Shown here: positions 16,864-26,626 of the stretch, one piece after another
Layout: the number at the start of each line of letters is the position of its first letter
How positions within the stretch are numbered: the first letter of the stretch is position 1
IMG/VR virus record: IMGVR_UViG_2935054407_000001
Span: 44,968-108,967 of that record
DNA: 64,000 nt
From: a virus
Lineage: Duplodnaviria; Caudoviricetes
Strand: one strand, 5' to 3'
The notes under the pieces: model-generated
Seen by the model: the letters and a program-made list of their open reading frames with translations, nothing else
Told to the model about the DNA's origin: nothing
Database searches by the model: none
Program-made: the position numbers and the translations under genes

Positions 16864-18990
16864 TTACCTCACATCGCACCCGTCGGCAGTGCAGGCGAAC
16901 TCCTGGCTTCCGGTGGTGCCGTCCTCGTTCTCGTAGAAGATCAGGTCGGCCCAGCGGACATCCGGCATGGCCGCGACGGCGGCTTCGTACTCCTCCTTGG
17001 TGATCTCCTGGTAGGGGGCCTGCGCGTAGGTGTGATCGCTGAAGGGGAGGAAGGCGACGCCGGACAGGTCGGCGCGGTGCGTCCAGACCCATTCGCGGAC
17101 CGTGTCCCACTCGTAGGTGAAGGAAATCAGGGAGCGCAGGTGGTCCAGGATGAGCGTGCCGCTCGTGGGGTCGTAGTCTTTGAGCAGGTCCGGATTCTCG
17201 CCGACCATCTGCATGATCGTGACCTTGTCCTCCACGGACAGCGCACTCGCGATGAGCCGCAGCGCGAGGTCTTCGGGGAAGGGGCCGGGGTCGGTGATGG
17301 TCGCGCCGCGCACGCTGACGGTGATGGACGGCTTGTGCTCGCACCAGTGCTTCTGGAACGCCAGCCACAGCTCCAGGTGCTCGATGGCGGTCATCTTGTC
17401 GCGCGTCAGCGCACCGGCCGGGGCCTTCATGGGGAAGGTGAAGACCCAGTTGCTCGGCTGCATGACGTCGCGCTCGTGCGGAATTCCGGCGTCGATCATC
17501 ATGGCGGCCAGCGGGTCCCTCTCATCAGCGCGGACGGTCCGCAGGTAGTACTCCGCGTGGTAGCCGTGGATGCCTGCCGAGACGCCTGCGGCGGAGGAGG
17601 CGGTGCCGGAGGGCTTGACGCAGGTGGCGGCGGCGGAGGCGGGGATGCCGATGCTCTCAGCCAGATTGAGGTTGACCCAGCGGACCTCCTCGCGCAGGTC
17701 CTCCAGCTCGTCCCAGGCCCAGGGGTCTCCCTGACCGGCGGCTACCAAGTTCGCGGAGTTGACGATGCCGGTCTGGGAGACGCCCAGCAGCCTCTCTTCT
17801 TCCGCGTTCAGGATCCACTCGCGCCGGACGAAGTGGAAGTCCGTCAAGGTGGCCTGCCAGGTGCCGAGAATCGCCGCGAGTCGGGCCTTGCGCAGCAGGT
17901 CGTTATGGGTGTCGGTGGCCTGGACGACGATCTCAGACAGATTGCACAGGCCGTAGGGGCGCATGACGATCTCGCTACAGGGGTTGACCCCGTACTCGAT
18001 GTCAGCGCTCCGGCGGCCCCAGCGCGAGGCGGTCCGGCGCAGGGCATCACGGTTGATCAGGCCACGCTCACCGCTGCCGCTGGCGACGAGGTTGTCCCAC
18101 TCGGCGTCGAACTGCGGGCGGGTGATGGTGTCATCGATGACCGCGCTGTTGTTGGCCAGGGCGCGATGGGGAGAGGCCACCCACCACTCCCCCGATTTCG
18201 CGGTGGCCATCTCGGAATCGTCCAGGTCCGACAGCGAGATCATCGCCGACCGGCGCACGCCGCCCACGACGACGACGGACGCCACCTTGCAGGCCAGATC
18301 GTGGACTTCGAGGCTCGTGAGTCGGCGGCCTCGCGCGGTGTGGAGCAAGTTGGCCGTGTAGGAGAAGAGCTGGCGCAGCGGCTCGGGGCCAGAGGCGCGG
18401 CCACCGAACGTCTTCAGTCGGGAACCGGCCGGGCGAATGAGCGACAGGTCACAATGGGGCACCTCACCCCTGGTCCAGACGGCCTGCAAGAAAGTGCGGA
18501 AAGCGATGGCCCAGCCTTCCTTGCTGTCGTCCACGATGATGGTGGTTCCAGGCGAGATGTTGAAATTCTTCGCGACGGGCGGGAGCTTGCTCACATACCG
18601 GTTCTCCACCGAAAATCCCACGCCGGTACCGCACATGAGGATGTAGAGGATCTCGCTGAAAGACTCCATGTCCGCGATCGGCAGGTACGCGCAGTTGTAC
18701 GCCGCCAGGTTCTCACGCTTCAGCGCCGGACCGGCCGTCATAAGGGCACGCATGCTCGGGAGGACTTCCATCTCCCGAATTGCCTCGCGAACCTCGTGGT
18801 AGTCGTCGCTCGGGACCACGTAACCGAACTTCTCCATCAGGTGCGTGGACATGAAGGTCATGTAGCGGTCCACGGTTTCCGCCCACGTCTCGCGACGGCC
18901 TTCCTCTTCCAGCCACCTCGCGTAGCGGGAAAGGACGATGTAGTTGCGGAATGGATCCTTCAGGGAGCCATCGGCGTTAAGAATGGTCAC
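16864..18990 (-). CDS. nrdJ: Class II (B12-dependent) ribonucleotide reductase with an in-frame insertion
   Basis: PSMRALMTAG, YNCAY, GGVRRSAMI, GVNPCSEI, CNLSE, TCVKPSGT, C-terminal CTADGC; no small subunit nearby. Confidence 0.93.
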   Translation of the reverse strand: MTILNADGSLKDPFRNYIVLSRYARWLEEEGRRETWAETVDRYMTFMSTHLMEKFGYVVPSDDYHEVREAIREMEVLPSMRALMTAGPALKRENLAAYNCAYLPIADMESFSEILYILMCGTGVGFSVENRYVSKLPPVAKNFNISPGTTIIVDDSKEGWAIAFRTFLQAVWTRGEVPHCDLSLIRPAGSRLKTFGGRASGPEPLRQLFSYTANLLHTARGRRLTSLEVHDLACKVASVVVVGGVRRSAMISLSDLDDSEMATAKSGEWWVASPHRALANNSAVIDDTITRPQFDAEWDNLVASGSGERGLINRDALRRTASRWGRRSADIEYGVNPCSEIVMRPYGLCNLSEIVVQATDTHNDLLRKARLAAILGTWQATLTDFHFVRREWILNAEEERLLGVSQTGIVNSANLVAAGQGDPWAWDELEDLREEVRWVNLNLAESIGIPASAAATCVKPSGTASSAAGVSAGIHGYHAEYYLRTVRADERDPLAAMMIDAGIPHERDVMQPSNWVFTFPMKAPAGALTRDKMTAIEHLELWLAFQKHWCEHKPSITVSVRGATITDPGPFPEDLALRLIASALSVEDKVTIMQMVGENPDLLKDYDPTSGTLILDHLRSLISFTYEWDTVREWVWTHRADLSGVAFLPFSDHTYAQAPYQEITKEEYEAAVAAMPDVRWADLIFYENEDGTTGSQEFACTADGCDVR

Positions 18991-19023
18991 AGAAAGCGGC
19001 TTTCTCTACGAAATTGCGGGGGG

Positions 19024-19458
19024 TTAGCGAACCGAGCCGTCGTCGCCAATGTGGGCGAAGACATTTCCGAAGCTGAAGTTGTTCGCGGTGGACACCTGCC
19101 GGGCGGACTCAACAGGCACGCTCGGATCCGTGGGGACGTGCATCCCGGAGGTGGAGTGCTCCACGGGGTAGCCGCAGGCGGTGCAGCGGGGCCGCATGGT
19201 CGGCTGACCGGGCACTGGCAGGAGGGTGTCCTTGTAGCAGGCCGGGCACATGGTGTCTGTGACCTGGGCCGATTTCGCCTGGTGGGGCTTGTACTCCGTC
19301 GGCTGCTCAGGCTGCTGCGGGACCTGGGGAGCCGGGGCGGGCTGCGGTCGCTGCGGGATGCCCTGCTGCCACCACGCCTGACCTGCGGCCGGGGCAGTCT
19401 GAGGAGCTGGGGCCTGCGGCGTAGCTTGCGCGAGGCGGCGCTTCCAGAAGTCGCTCAC
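19024..19458 (-). CDS. Pro/Gln-rich Zn-ribbon protein
   Basis: CPAC...CTACGYP. Confidence 0.75.
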   Translation of the reverse strand: MSDFWKRRLAQATPQAPAPQTAPAAGQAWWQQGIPQRPQPAPAPQVPQQPEQPTEYKPHQAKSAQVTDTMCPACYKDTLLPVPGQPTMRPRCTACGYPVEHSTSGMHVPTDPSVPVESARQVSTANNFSFGNVFAHIGDDGSVR

Positions 19459-19847
19459 TGCTTCTCCCGGACCATGGAGCGCAGGCCGGAAGCCTCGTCA
19501 GCCATCAGGTTGCCCAGGATCGCCGAGGAGCACAGGGCGATGATCTGCGAGTACGAGTGCTTGAGTGCTTCGAGCTGGTCAGGCCCCAGCATCGCCAGGT
19601 CCTCTTCGTTCAGGACCCTCCCCAGGACGAGGTCTGCGCAGATGTCTGCCATGAGTTCGATGCGCGGCGCGTACTGCTCGACGGCGTCCGCGCGAGCGTG
19701 GGAGTGGGCGTGCTCCATCTCGGCGGTGTCTGCGCTGGGCGGCGTCAGGCCCAGCTTCGTCATGCCTGCCACGGCCTCGTCGCACGGGAGCAGGTCAAAC
19801 GCGAGACGGGTGCCGTACATGGGCTTGGCGTTGACGTAGTGAGTCAT
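19455..19847 (-). CDS. Hypothetical protein
   Basis: Coupled to polA stop. Confidence 0.75.
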   Translation of the reverse strand: MTHYVNAKPMYGTRLAFDLLPCDEAVAGMTKLGLTPPSADTAEMEHAHSHARADAVEQYAPRIELMADICADLVLGRVLNEEDLAMLGPDQLEALKHSYSQIIALCSSAILGNLMADEASGLRSMVREKQ

Positions 19848-21805
19848 TATTCTTTAGCCTCCGACCAGCGGTCTACGATTTTGATGTCTGATTGCAAGGG
19901 GACGGATAGGAGAGACTGAATCCCGGCGCCGAGCATTCCTTCGCGGATTGCTTCGACAGCTTTTTCGACCAAATGGTCTGGAACTAGTGTGACCAATTCA
20001 TCGTGAACAGTGAGAATCAGCTTCGCTTCTTCGGGGAGTTCGGCGTGCGTTCGCACCATCGCGATTTTGATGATGTCTGCCGCTGATCCCTGGATGTGGC
20101 TGTTGATGATCTGCCGCTCTGCCTTGAGCCGAATCCACTTGGCGGGCGAGAGCAGGTCAGGAACCCGCCGAATTCGGCCGGTGAGGGTGCGGATGTGGCA
20201 CGGTCGGCGTGAGCGCGCCACTTCGAGAAGCTTGGCCTTGTAGGCGTAGATCTCCGGGAATCCCTGCTTGTGCAGGGCGATGATTCCCTCTGCCTCGCGG
20301 AGCGGGATTTTCGCCACTTCGGCAAGGAGGTGTTCGCCCCCGCCATATCCGATCAGGAAGTTAATTCGCTTCCCATAATCGGTGCGCTGAGTGCCGGTCA
20401 CCTGGTCGTGAGGGAGCTTGAGGATCCCGGCGGCGGTGATGGTGTGCGGGTCAATGCCTGCCTGGAAACCCTCGAAGAGAGCGCCGGGTCCGGCGAAATG
20501 CGCGAGGACGCGAAGCTCAATCTGGCTGTAGTCGGCGATGATGAGCTTGTATCCGGGAGGCGCGATGAACAGGCCCCGGATCCTCTTGCCCAGGTCGGTG
20601 TTCGGGCGGGGGATGTTCTGAAGGTTGGGCTCGGAGGAGCTGAATCTTCCGGTGACCGTGCCGTACTGCTTGAAGTTGGTGTGGATCCGGCCGGAGTGGA
20701 TCTGGCAGGGCCGGTCCTTGGCCGTCGGGTCTCCCAGGTAGCCGTAGACGTAGGTGGACAGCAGCTTGTTGGTCTCTTTGTAGGTCAGCAGCGCGTCCAC
20801 GACCGGGTTTCCCGCGTGCTTGGCCAGCTCGTCGGCGTCGGTGGTGTAGTCGAGCTGGGTGATGCGCTCTCCGGCCTGCTTCTTCTTCTTGCCGCCGCTG
20901 GTGAGCTTGTGCGGCTTGATGCCCTGGCCGCCCCGATTCTGCGGGTAGTAGAGCACCTCGGCGACCTGGCGCGCGGCGTTGAGGTTGAACGCCTTCCCGG
21001 CCGCGCGGTAGACGTCGGCCTCCTGCTGCTCGACCAGCGTTTCCAGGTGCTCGCGCAGATCGTGGAGCGCGGGAACGTCGAGCGGTGCGCCTTCCTGCCC
21101 CATGGCCAGCAGCACTTCCAGGACGTCCATCTCCAGGTGGAAGACCGGGAAGAGACGCTGCTCTGCCATCTGGGCCAGATTGCGGTTGCGCAGCCAGCGT
21201 GTGAAGCGGGTGTCGAGCAGGTTGTATCGGGCGACCTTGTCAAAAGCCGTGCTAGCGATGTGCTTGCCGGTGTGGCCCTGGTCGTAGTCGGAGCCGAATT
21301 CCTCGCGCACGCGGGGCTTCAGGCCGTTCAGGCGGTTCTCGTCGAGCAGCCAGCTCGATACCAGCGTGCAGTGAAAGGGCGGCTTCGGCAGTTCACCGCC
21401 ACGGTGCTTGGCGATGCTGATGGCATCGAAGCTGAGGTTCTGGGCGATCTTCTCGCGGTCGCTCTCGAAGAGGTCGAAGGTCTCCTCGAAGACGATCGAC
21501 GGCCGGAGCTGGGCGGGCGGCTCGTCCCAGACGGGGACACGGAAGTAGCGCACCTTGCCGTTTTTGTCGGCCCTAGGTTCCTTGGTCTCCCCGATGATCC
21601 TGCTGCCGATCGGGTGACGCATGGGGATGACGGCGTCCACGCCGGGCGCGGAAAAGGCGATCCAGGCGACGTCGTTGCGGACGGGCGTGGTCGCGTAGGG
21701 GCCGATGGTCTCGATGTCCCACGAGAAGTGGTCGTGCCGGGAGATCTCTTTGATGACGTGCCGCAGGTGCTCGACGTCGTAGACGATGTTGCTGGCGAGG
21801 CGCAT
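19847..21805 (-). CDS. polA: Family A DNA polymerase (3'-5' exo + polymerase; no 5' nuclease domain)
   Basis: WDIET; TVTGRFSSSEPNLQNIP; ADYSQIELRVLAH; K.INF...YG; TVHDEL; GGAG RBS before ATG 21805. Confidence 0.96.
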   Translation of the reverse strand: MRLASNIVYDVEHLRHVIKEISRHDHFSWDIETIGPYATTPVRNDVAWIAFSAPGVDAVIPMRHPIGSRIIGETKEPRADKNGKVRYFRVPVWDEPPAQLRPSIVFEETFDLFESDREKIAQNLSFDAISIAKHRGGELPKPPFHCTLVSSWLLDENRLNGLKPRVREEFGSDYDQGHTGKHIASTAFDKVARYNLLDTRFTRWLRNRNLAQMAEQRLFPVFHLEMDVLEVLLAMGQEGAPLDVPALHDLREHLETLVEQQEADVYRAAGKAFNLNAARQVAEVLYYPQNRGGQGIKPHKLTSGGKKKKQAGERITQLDYTTDADELAKHAGNPVVDALLTYKETNKLLSTYVYGYLGDPTAKDRPCQIHSGRIHTNFKQYGTVTGRFSSSEPNLQNIPRPNTDLGKRIRGLFIAPPGYKLIIADYSQIELRVLAHFAGPGALFEGFQAGIDPHTITAAGILKLPHDQVTGTQRTDYGKRINFLIGYGGGEHLLAEVAKIPLREAEGIIALHKQGFPEIYAYKAKLLEVARSRRPCHIRTLTGRIRRVPDLLSPAKWIRLKAERQIINSHIQGSAADIIKIAMVRTHAELPEEAKLILTVHDELVTLVPDHLVEKAVEAIREGMLGAGIQSLLSVPLQSDIKIVDRWSEAKE

Positions 21806-21910
21806 GAGGGGCTCCGAGGGTGGAACGGCCCCCACGACCGTGCTGCCCGGCTGGGGGGTTACCGGGCAGCGGGGAAAGTCGTGGGGGCCGGGTTGAGCAG
21901 GAGGGGCTGA

Positions 21911-22705
21911 CTAAGCGGCAAGCCCGTCGGCCAGCTCCTCCAGGTCCTCTACGGGGTCGATCCGGACCTGCGTCTCGGCGGTGAAGAGGTTCGCCATCAG
22001 CGCGTCGCGCTCTTCGGCGGTGAGGGGCTCGATGTCCCACTCATCCAGGTCGCGATCCTTGACCGGGGTGATGAAGTAGTCGTACTTGGTCCGGCCGCCG
22101 GTCTGCTTCTCCAGCCGCTTGATCGACCAGTACAGGTCCGGCTTGCCGTCGGGGTCCCCGAAGCGGTCGATCGGGCTGCTCTTGTCGTTCTGCGCCCAGT
22201 CGTAGATCAGGTCGGAGAGCTGCACGCCAGCGCGGAGGACGACCACCTTGGGGTCGCCGTCGCTGAAATCGACGACATTGAAGAGAACGCGCAGCGCGGG
22301 CTTCTTCTGGTCCACCTCGCACAGCGGGCAGATGTTGACTTCCTTGCCCTTGGCGTCCTTCTCCGTGCCGTGGCAGGTGTAGGACTGGCGGCCCTCACCA
22401 GCAATCCAGTGCTCGCGGTAGACGGCGAAGGGATCGGACTGAAGGAAGGCGATGATCTGGGCTTTGGTGCTGACCTTCAGCGGGTCGCCGTAGCTCTTGC
22501 CGCCCTTCTTCTTCTCCGCGTTGTATCCGCCCCAGCCGCCCGTGGCGGAGGAGGTGCTGGTGTCGCGCTTGTTCTGGCTGGGGGTGCGGGCGGGGTGTCG
22601 GCGGGCGGAGGCGGTGCGCTCGGTGGCCTCGTCGTCGGTCTCCGGCTCGGGGGTGTACTGGCTGGCGGTGGGGGTCGCGCTGCGGCGCGAAATGGTGCGG
22701 GCCAT
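21911..22705 (-). CDS. gp32-like single-stranded DNA-binding protein
   Basis: FL...PFAVYREHW, YTC...CPLC, FNVVD, acidic C-terminus. Confidence 0.75.
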   Translation of the reverse strand: MARTISRRSATPTASQYTPEPETDDEATERTASARRHPARTPSQNKRDTSTSSATGGWGGYNAEKKKGGKSYGDPLKVSTKAQIIAFLQSDPFAVYREHWIAGEGRQSYTCHGTEKDAKGKEVNICPLCEVDQKKPALRVLFNVVDFSDGDPKVVVLRAGVQLSDLIYDWAQNDKSSPIDRFGDPDGKPDLYWSIKRLEKQTGGRTKYDYFITPVKDRDLDEWDIEPLTAEERDALMANLFTAETQVRIDPVEDLEELADGLAA

Positions 22706-22725
22706 GGTTGGGGGGTGTGCCTTTC

Positions 22726-22959
22726 TCAGACTTGCTGGTCGTGGACGTGGGACTTGTTGATCGCCAGATCACGGAGCCGGATGATGTCGTCGGCCAGGAG
22801 GCGGTTAACCGACTCCTTGGCGCGGTTCTCAAGGTCTTCGAGCGTTGTGCCGGGCTCGTCGGGGAAGTCGGAGTCGTTCAGCTTGACCTGGTAGCTGATC
22901 TCTTCCCACTCGAAATTGCCCAGGTTGACGCGCGTTCCTCGGCGTACGGAAACTTCCAT
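22726..22959 (-). CDS. Hypothetical protein (VNLGNFE motif)
   Basis: Coupled ORF. Confidence 0.7.
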   Translation of the reverse strand: MEVSVRRGTRVNLGNFEWEEISYQVKLNDSDFPDEPGTTLEDLENRAKESVNRLLADDIIRLRDLAINKSHVHDQQV

Positions 22960-23390
22960 CAGGCGGCCACTTTCTGAACCAGGGCGGCCTGTGCCGCGTC
23001 GAACAGGCTTTGCACGCGGCGGGTGAAGTGTGTGCGGCTGATCTGGGCGTTGTAGCGCTCCAGAACGCCCTCTTCGCGGGCGATTCTCCGCATTCCGAGC
23101 ATCATGTCTTCGCTGTAGTAGTAGCGAATGCCGTGCTTGGAGCCGGTGGCCGTCGTGGCGACGTTGGAGTGGAACGGGCTCGCGGGGAGGGTTCCGTTGG
23201 TGCGCCAGAGGCGGATCACGCTGGGCTTGCGGTTGAGGAACTCGGCCAACGACGCGATTTCCCAGAAGCGGACTTCCCTGGTCGCGCCGCGTACGGTGAC
23301 TTCCTTGGTGATGAAGGGAAGTTCGTTGAGGCGGGCGCGGTCTTCGTCGGCCGGGAGGGCTGACCAGAGGGGACGGCCGGGATGCTCCAT
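22959..23390 (-). CDS. MerR/excisionase-like HTH DNA-binding protein
   Basis: WEIASLAEFLNRKPSVIRLWRTNGTLP...RYYS. Confidence 0.75.
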   Translation of the reverse strand: MEHPGRPLWSALPADEDRARLNELPFITKEVTVRGATREVRFWEIASLAEFLNRKPSVIRLWRTNGTLPASPFHSNVATTATGSKHGIRYYYSEDMMLGMRRIAREEGVLERYNAQISRTHFTRRVQSLFDAAQAALVQKVAA

Positions 23391-23394
23391 ATGA

Positions 23395-23853
23395 TCAGAA
23401 CCTCTTGATCGTGTACGTGGTGCTGGAGGTGAAGAGCGCCCGCAGCTCGTCGCGGGTGATCACGCCTTCCTGCTGCAAGGCGAAGAGGGCGTCTTGGTCG
23501 ATCTCCTCGTACGTCACTTTGCGGACGACGCGGTCCAAGACGCCCTTCTCCGTAGCCAGGTCGTAGACGGCTTCCTCATCCAGCGTGATGGTCTCGCTGC
23601 GCTGGCGGATGAAGCCGCTGACCTGCTTTCCCCCGATTTCAAGGGGCTCGGGGAAGCGGACCCGGCGGTGGCCCTTGGCGTCCGCCGTACCGGCCCGAGA
23701 GGCGTACGCGTCCATCAGGTCGCGCAGCGACTTTGAGCGATCCCCGAGCCGCTTGACGTCCTCATCGAGGGCGAACTTCTGCCGGGCCGCCGTCGTGACC
23801 TCTTCCAGGCTCGGCAGCGATGCTGAGCTGGTCGGGGTGCGGCGGATGGGCAC
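23395..23853 (-). CDS. Hypothetical protein
   Basis: GAGGA RBS; first gene after an AT-rich intergenic region. Confidence 0.75.
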   Translation of the reverse strand: MPIRRTPTSSASLPSLEEVTTAARQKFALDEDVKRLGDRSKSLRDLMDAYASRAGTADAKGHRRVRFPEPLEIGGKQVSGFIRQRSETITLDEEAVYDLATEKGVLDRVVRKVTYEEIDQDALFALQQEGVITRDELRALFTSSTTYTIKRF

Positions 23854-23971
23854 GGGGTCGTCCTCGCTGGGGCTCGTCGGTAGAAACTAATCTAAATGTA
23901 CCCCGATATTGAACCCGATACTGACGGTCCCCCAGTAACGATCCGGGCATCCGGAATAGTAAGTGTCAAGA

Positions 23972-25612
23972 TCATCCAGACGCACCCAGCGCGGCCCGCT
24001 CAGCGTGCCAGGTCAGCGACTCCACACGGGCCTCCACGTTGCCCCACTCGTCCGCCCCGACGCCGTCCACGATGGCCGTGGCCACCTGGTTCTTGATCTT
24101 CAGGCGGTCGTACTGCCGGACCTCAATCGTCTGCTGTACCGGCACATCCACAATGGTCACAGCCTTGTGCTTGCTGCTGGCGCGGCGGATCCGGCCGTTG
24201 ATCTGGACCCGCTGGCCAGCACTCAAGGGCGGGTCGTAGTTGATCAGGTGTGAGCCTCCTGGCAGGTCCACCCCGTACGCTCCGGCGTGGCTCATCAACA
24301 GCACCCTGATGTCGGGATCGGCGTTGAACCCGTCGGCCGCAGCCGCCTTTGCCTGGTCCGTCATCTCCCCGTGGTAGCTGACAGTTCCGATACTGGATCC
24401 GAAACTCTCCCGAAAAATCGGCTCCATGCCCCGATAGCGGGAGACGATCACCACCTTGTGCGCCGGGTCGGCGGCCAGGATGTCGCGGACCTTGCTCACG
24501 ACCAGGTCCAGCTTCGGCGAGCTGGTCAGGTTCGCCAGCGCGCCGGAGGCCACCAAGCGTGCGGCGTAGGCGGAGCCGGGCAGGTCTTTGGGTACCGTGC
24601 CACCGGCTGCGCGCCGGGCCTCGGCCTGCGTGTACTCCAGCGCGGAGGACACCACCAGTTGCGGGTGATTGAGGAGCATCTGCATCGCGCCGTAGACGGC
24701 CATCGCGCGGCCCGCTCCGGTGGACTCGTCGTAGCCGCCGTAGTAGGCGCCGATGTCGAACTCCCCCGCCACGCCGGTCTGCGCCAGCTCGGCCGCGAGG
24801 TCGCCTGCCACCTGCGCATACACCTTCTGAGCAGCGCGCGTCAGCTCCACCGGCCACGTCTCATACCGCGTCTTCGGCATATACGCGGCAACATCGGGAT
24901 CTTCGATCCGCTTGCGGATCAGGACCGGCGCGAGGATCTTGTGCAGCGTCGGCAGGTTGCGGTATCGCTGCGGGCGGCCCCAGCGGTCGCGCACGATGTA
25001 GGCCACGTCGAAGTCCTCGAAATCACCGAGGACGTCGTCATTCACCCACTCCATGATCCCGAAGATGTTCTCCGGCCGGTGCTCCACGGGAGTCGCGGTG
25101 AGCGCCAGCCGGTAGGCGGCCATGACGGTCCGCAGCTTCTTGGCGCGCTTGGAGGTGCGGCTGGACAGGACCGTGGCCTCGTCGATGATCACCATGTCGG
25201 CCAGGTGCCGGAATTTGCGGATGTCGGCCGCGACCGTCTCATATCCGGCGATGACGTACTGGGGGCGACGCTCGATCACGTCGGCGAGCTGCTTCTTGCG
25301 CTGGGCCGGGGTTCCGCCGACGACCACGCACCAGGTGTCGGTGGGGATGCGGATCTCCCTCTTGCCGATCTTCTTCGTGGTGGTCTCCACGTCGGTGTGC
25401 TCGGCAATGGCGCGTGCCCACTGGAGCCGGAGCGAGGCCGGGCAGATGATCAGCACGACCGTGCCGTTGCCGTGCTCCAGGACCTTCTCCGCCATGGCCA
25501 GGCCCGTGATCGTCTTCCCCAGGCCGGTGTCATAGGCCAGCAGCAGACCGCCCAACTCCGCAAGACGCGGGACCTCACGGGCTTGGTAGGGAAACAGGGG
25601 GGTGAGCAGCAT
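23972..25612 (-). CDS. SNF2-like SF2 helicase
   Basis: DTGLGKT, IIDEAT, LTATP, SPKL, GVDL, QINGRIRR. Confidence 0.9.
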   Translation of the reverse strand: MLLTPLFPYQAREVPRLAELGGLLLAYDTGLGKTITGLAMAEKVLEHGNGTVVLIICPASLRLQWARAIAEHTDVETTTKKIGKREIRIPTDTWCVVVGGTPAQRKKQLADVIERRPQYVIAGYETVAADIRKFRHLADMVIIDEATVLSSRTSKRAKKLRTVMAAYRLALTATPVEHRPENIFGIMEWVNDDVLGDFEDFDVAYIVRDRWGRPQRYRNLPTLHKILAPVLIRKRIEDPDVAAYMPKTRYETWPVELTRAAQKVYAQVAGDLAAELAQTGVAGEFDIGAYYGGYDESTGAGRAMAVYGAMQMLLNHPQLVVSSALEYTQAEARRAAGGTVPKDLPGSAYAARLVASGALANLTSSPKLDLVVSKVRDILAADPAHKVVIVSRYRGMEPIFRESFGSSIGTVSYHGEMTDQAKAAAADGFNADPDIRVLLMSHAGAYGVDLPGGSHLINYDPPLSAGQRVQINGRIRRASSKHKAVTIVDVPVQQTIEVRQYDRLKIKNQVATAIVDGVGADEWGNVEARVESLTWHAERAALGASG

Positions 25613-25618
25613 GGGGGG

Positions 25619-26626
25619 TTACCACCGCATCAGGGAGTAGGGCATGGCCATGGTGAGCTGGTCACTGATCTGCCATGAGGTGAGCAGGACGGTGTTGCCG
25701 TCGTCGTCCTTGTAGCCGCCCGGATCGCATCCGGCGGGCAAGCCCTGGTAGGTGACGACAGAGACGGCGACATAGCGTTTGTGCAGCTCACGGGCCACGT
25801 ACTGGGCGGCTCGCCAGCCTGCGTCGTCGTTGTCCAGCCAGATGATCACGCGTCTGAAGGCGCTCAGCAGGGCGATCTGGGGGGCGCTGACCTTCGCGCC
25901 GAATGTGGAGACGGGGTGTTCCACGCCGTGTGTCGCCAGGACGCCGCAGTCCAGCGGGGATTCGATCAGGACGGCGGTGCCGGGGGCGGCGCGGGCCACG
26001 TGGTAGCCGAAGACGGTCTCGCTCTTCTTCACGCCGTAGGGGCGATTGCGTACGTAGCCCTGGGACTTGGTCTGCCAGCCCAGGAGCTTGCCGCGCTGAT
26101 CACGGATGGGGGTGATCCACGCGGAGTGCTTGGCGTCCCACAAGATCCCGAATTTCTGGGCGGCGGCCAGGGACATGCCGCGCTTGGCCAGCTCCTCGGA
26201 GGGCGGATCGACGTACAGCGCGAGCGCCGCTTCGCTGACTTTGATGCGCTCGGGCTCGGGTTCGCGCTCTTCGTACATGCGGGCGACGGCGGCCACGGTG
26301 CCTTGGCTGCGGATCCACGCGACGGCCTGGCCGTGCTCGACACCGAGCATGTAGGCGGCCAGATCTGGGAAGCGGCCGGAGAAGCCGCAGGAGAAGCAGT
26401 TGAACTTCCCGCTGGAGGCGTTGACGGAGAAGGAAGGGTCGCGGTCTTCGTGGCCGAGGCGCTCGAAGTGCGCGGGGCAGCGGGCGGAGACTTCCCCCAG
26501 GGCCTCGCCCGTGACCTCGATCTTGAGGGCTTCCATGGCGGCGGCCACGTCTCCAGGGACGACGTCCACGAAGGCATCCCAGCCCTTCGCAATCTTGTGC
26601 CGGGGTGAAAGACGGTCAGTAGCCAT
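25619..26626 (-). CDS. DnaG-type primase (CHC2 Zn finger + TOPRIM)
   Basis: CPAH...DRDPSFSV...FNCFSCG; IESPLD; WLDNDDAG. Confidence 0.9.
   Translation of the reverse strand: MATDRLSPRHKIAKGWDAFVDVVPGDVAAAMEALKIEVTGEALGEVSARCPAHFERLGHEDRDPSFSVNASSGKFNCFSCGFSGRFPDLAAYMLGVEHGQAVAWIRSQGTVAAVARMYEEREPEPERIKVSEAALALYVDPPSEELAKRGMSLAAAQKFGILWDAKHSAWITPIRDQRGKLLGWQTKSQGYVRNRPYGVKKSETVFGYHVARAAPGTAVLIESPLDCGVLATHGVEHPVSTFGAKVSAPQIALLSAFRRVIIWLDNDDAGWRAAQYVARELHKRYVAVSVVTYQGLPAGCDPGGYKDDDGNTVLLTSWQISDQLTMAMPYSLMRW
26598..26615 (+). repeat. Dispersed 18-bp motif, copy 4 (17/18)
   Basis: TGCCGGGGTGAAAGACGG in the first codons of primase. Confidence 0.8.

Noticed and set aside
17113-17307. RNR insertion as intein or group I intron
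   Set aside because: No intein terminal residues, too short, fully open with normal codon bias
17032-19839. Long plus-strand ORFs (e.g. 935 aa here; also 20270-21910, 48128-49873, 24287-25678)
   Set aside because: Antisense shadows of GC3-rich minus-strand genes; no RBS or motifs
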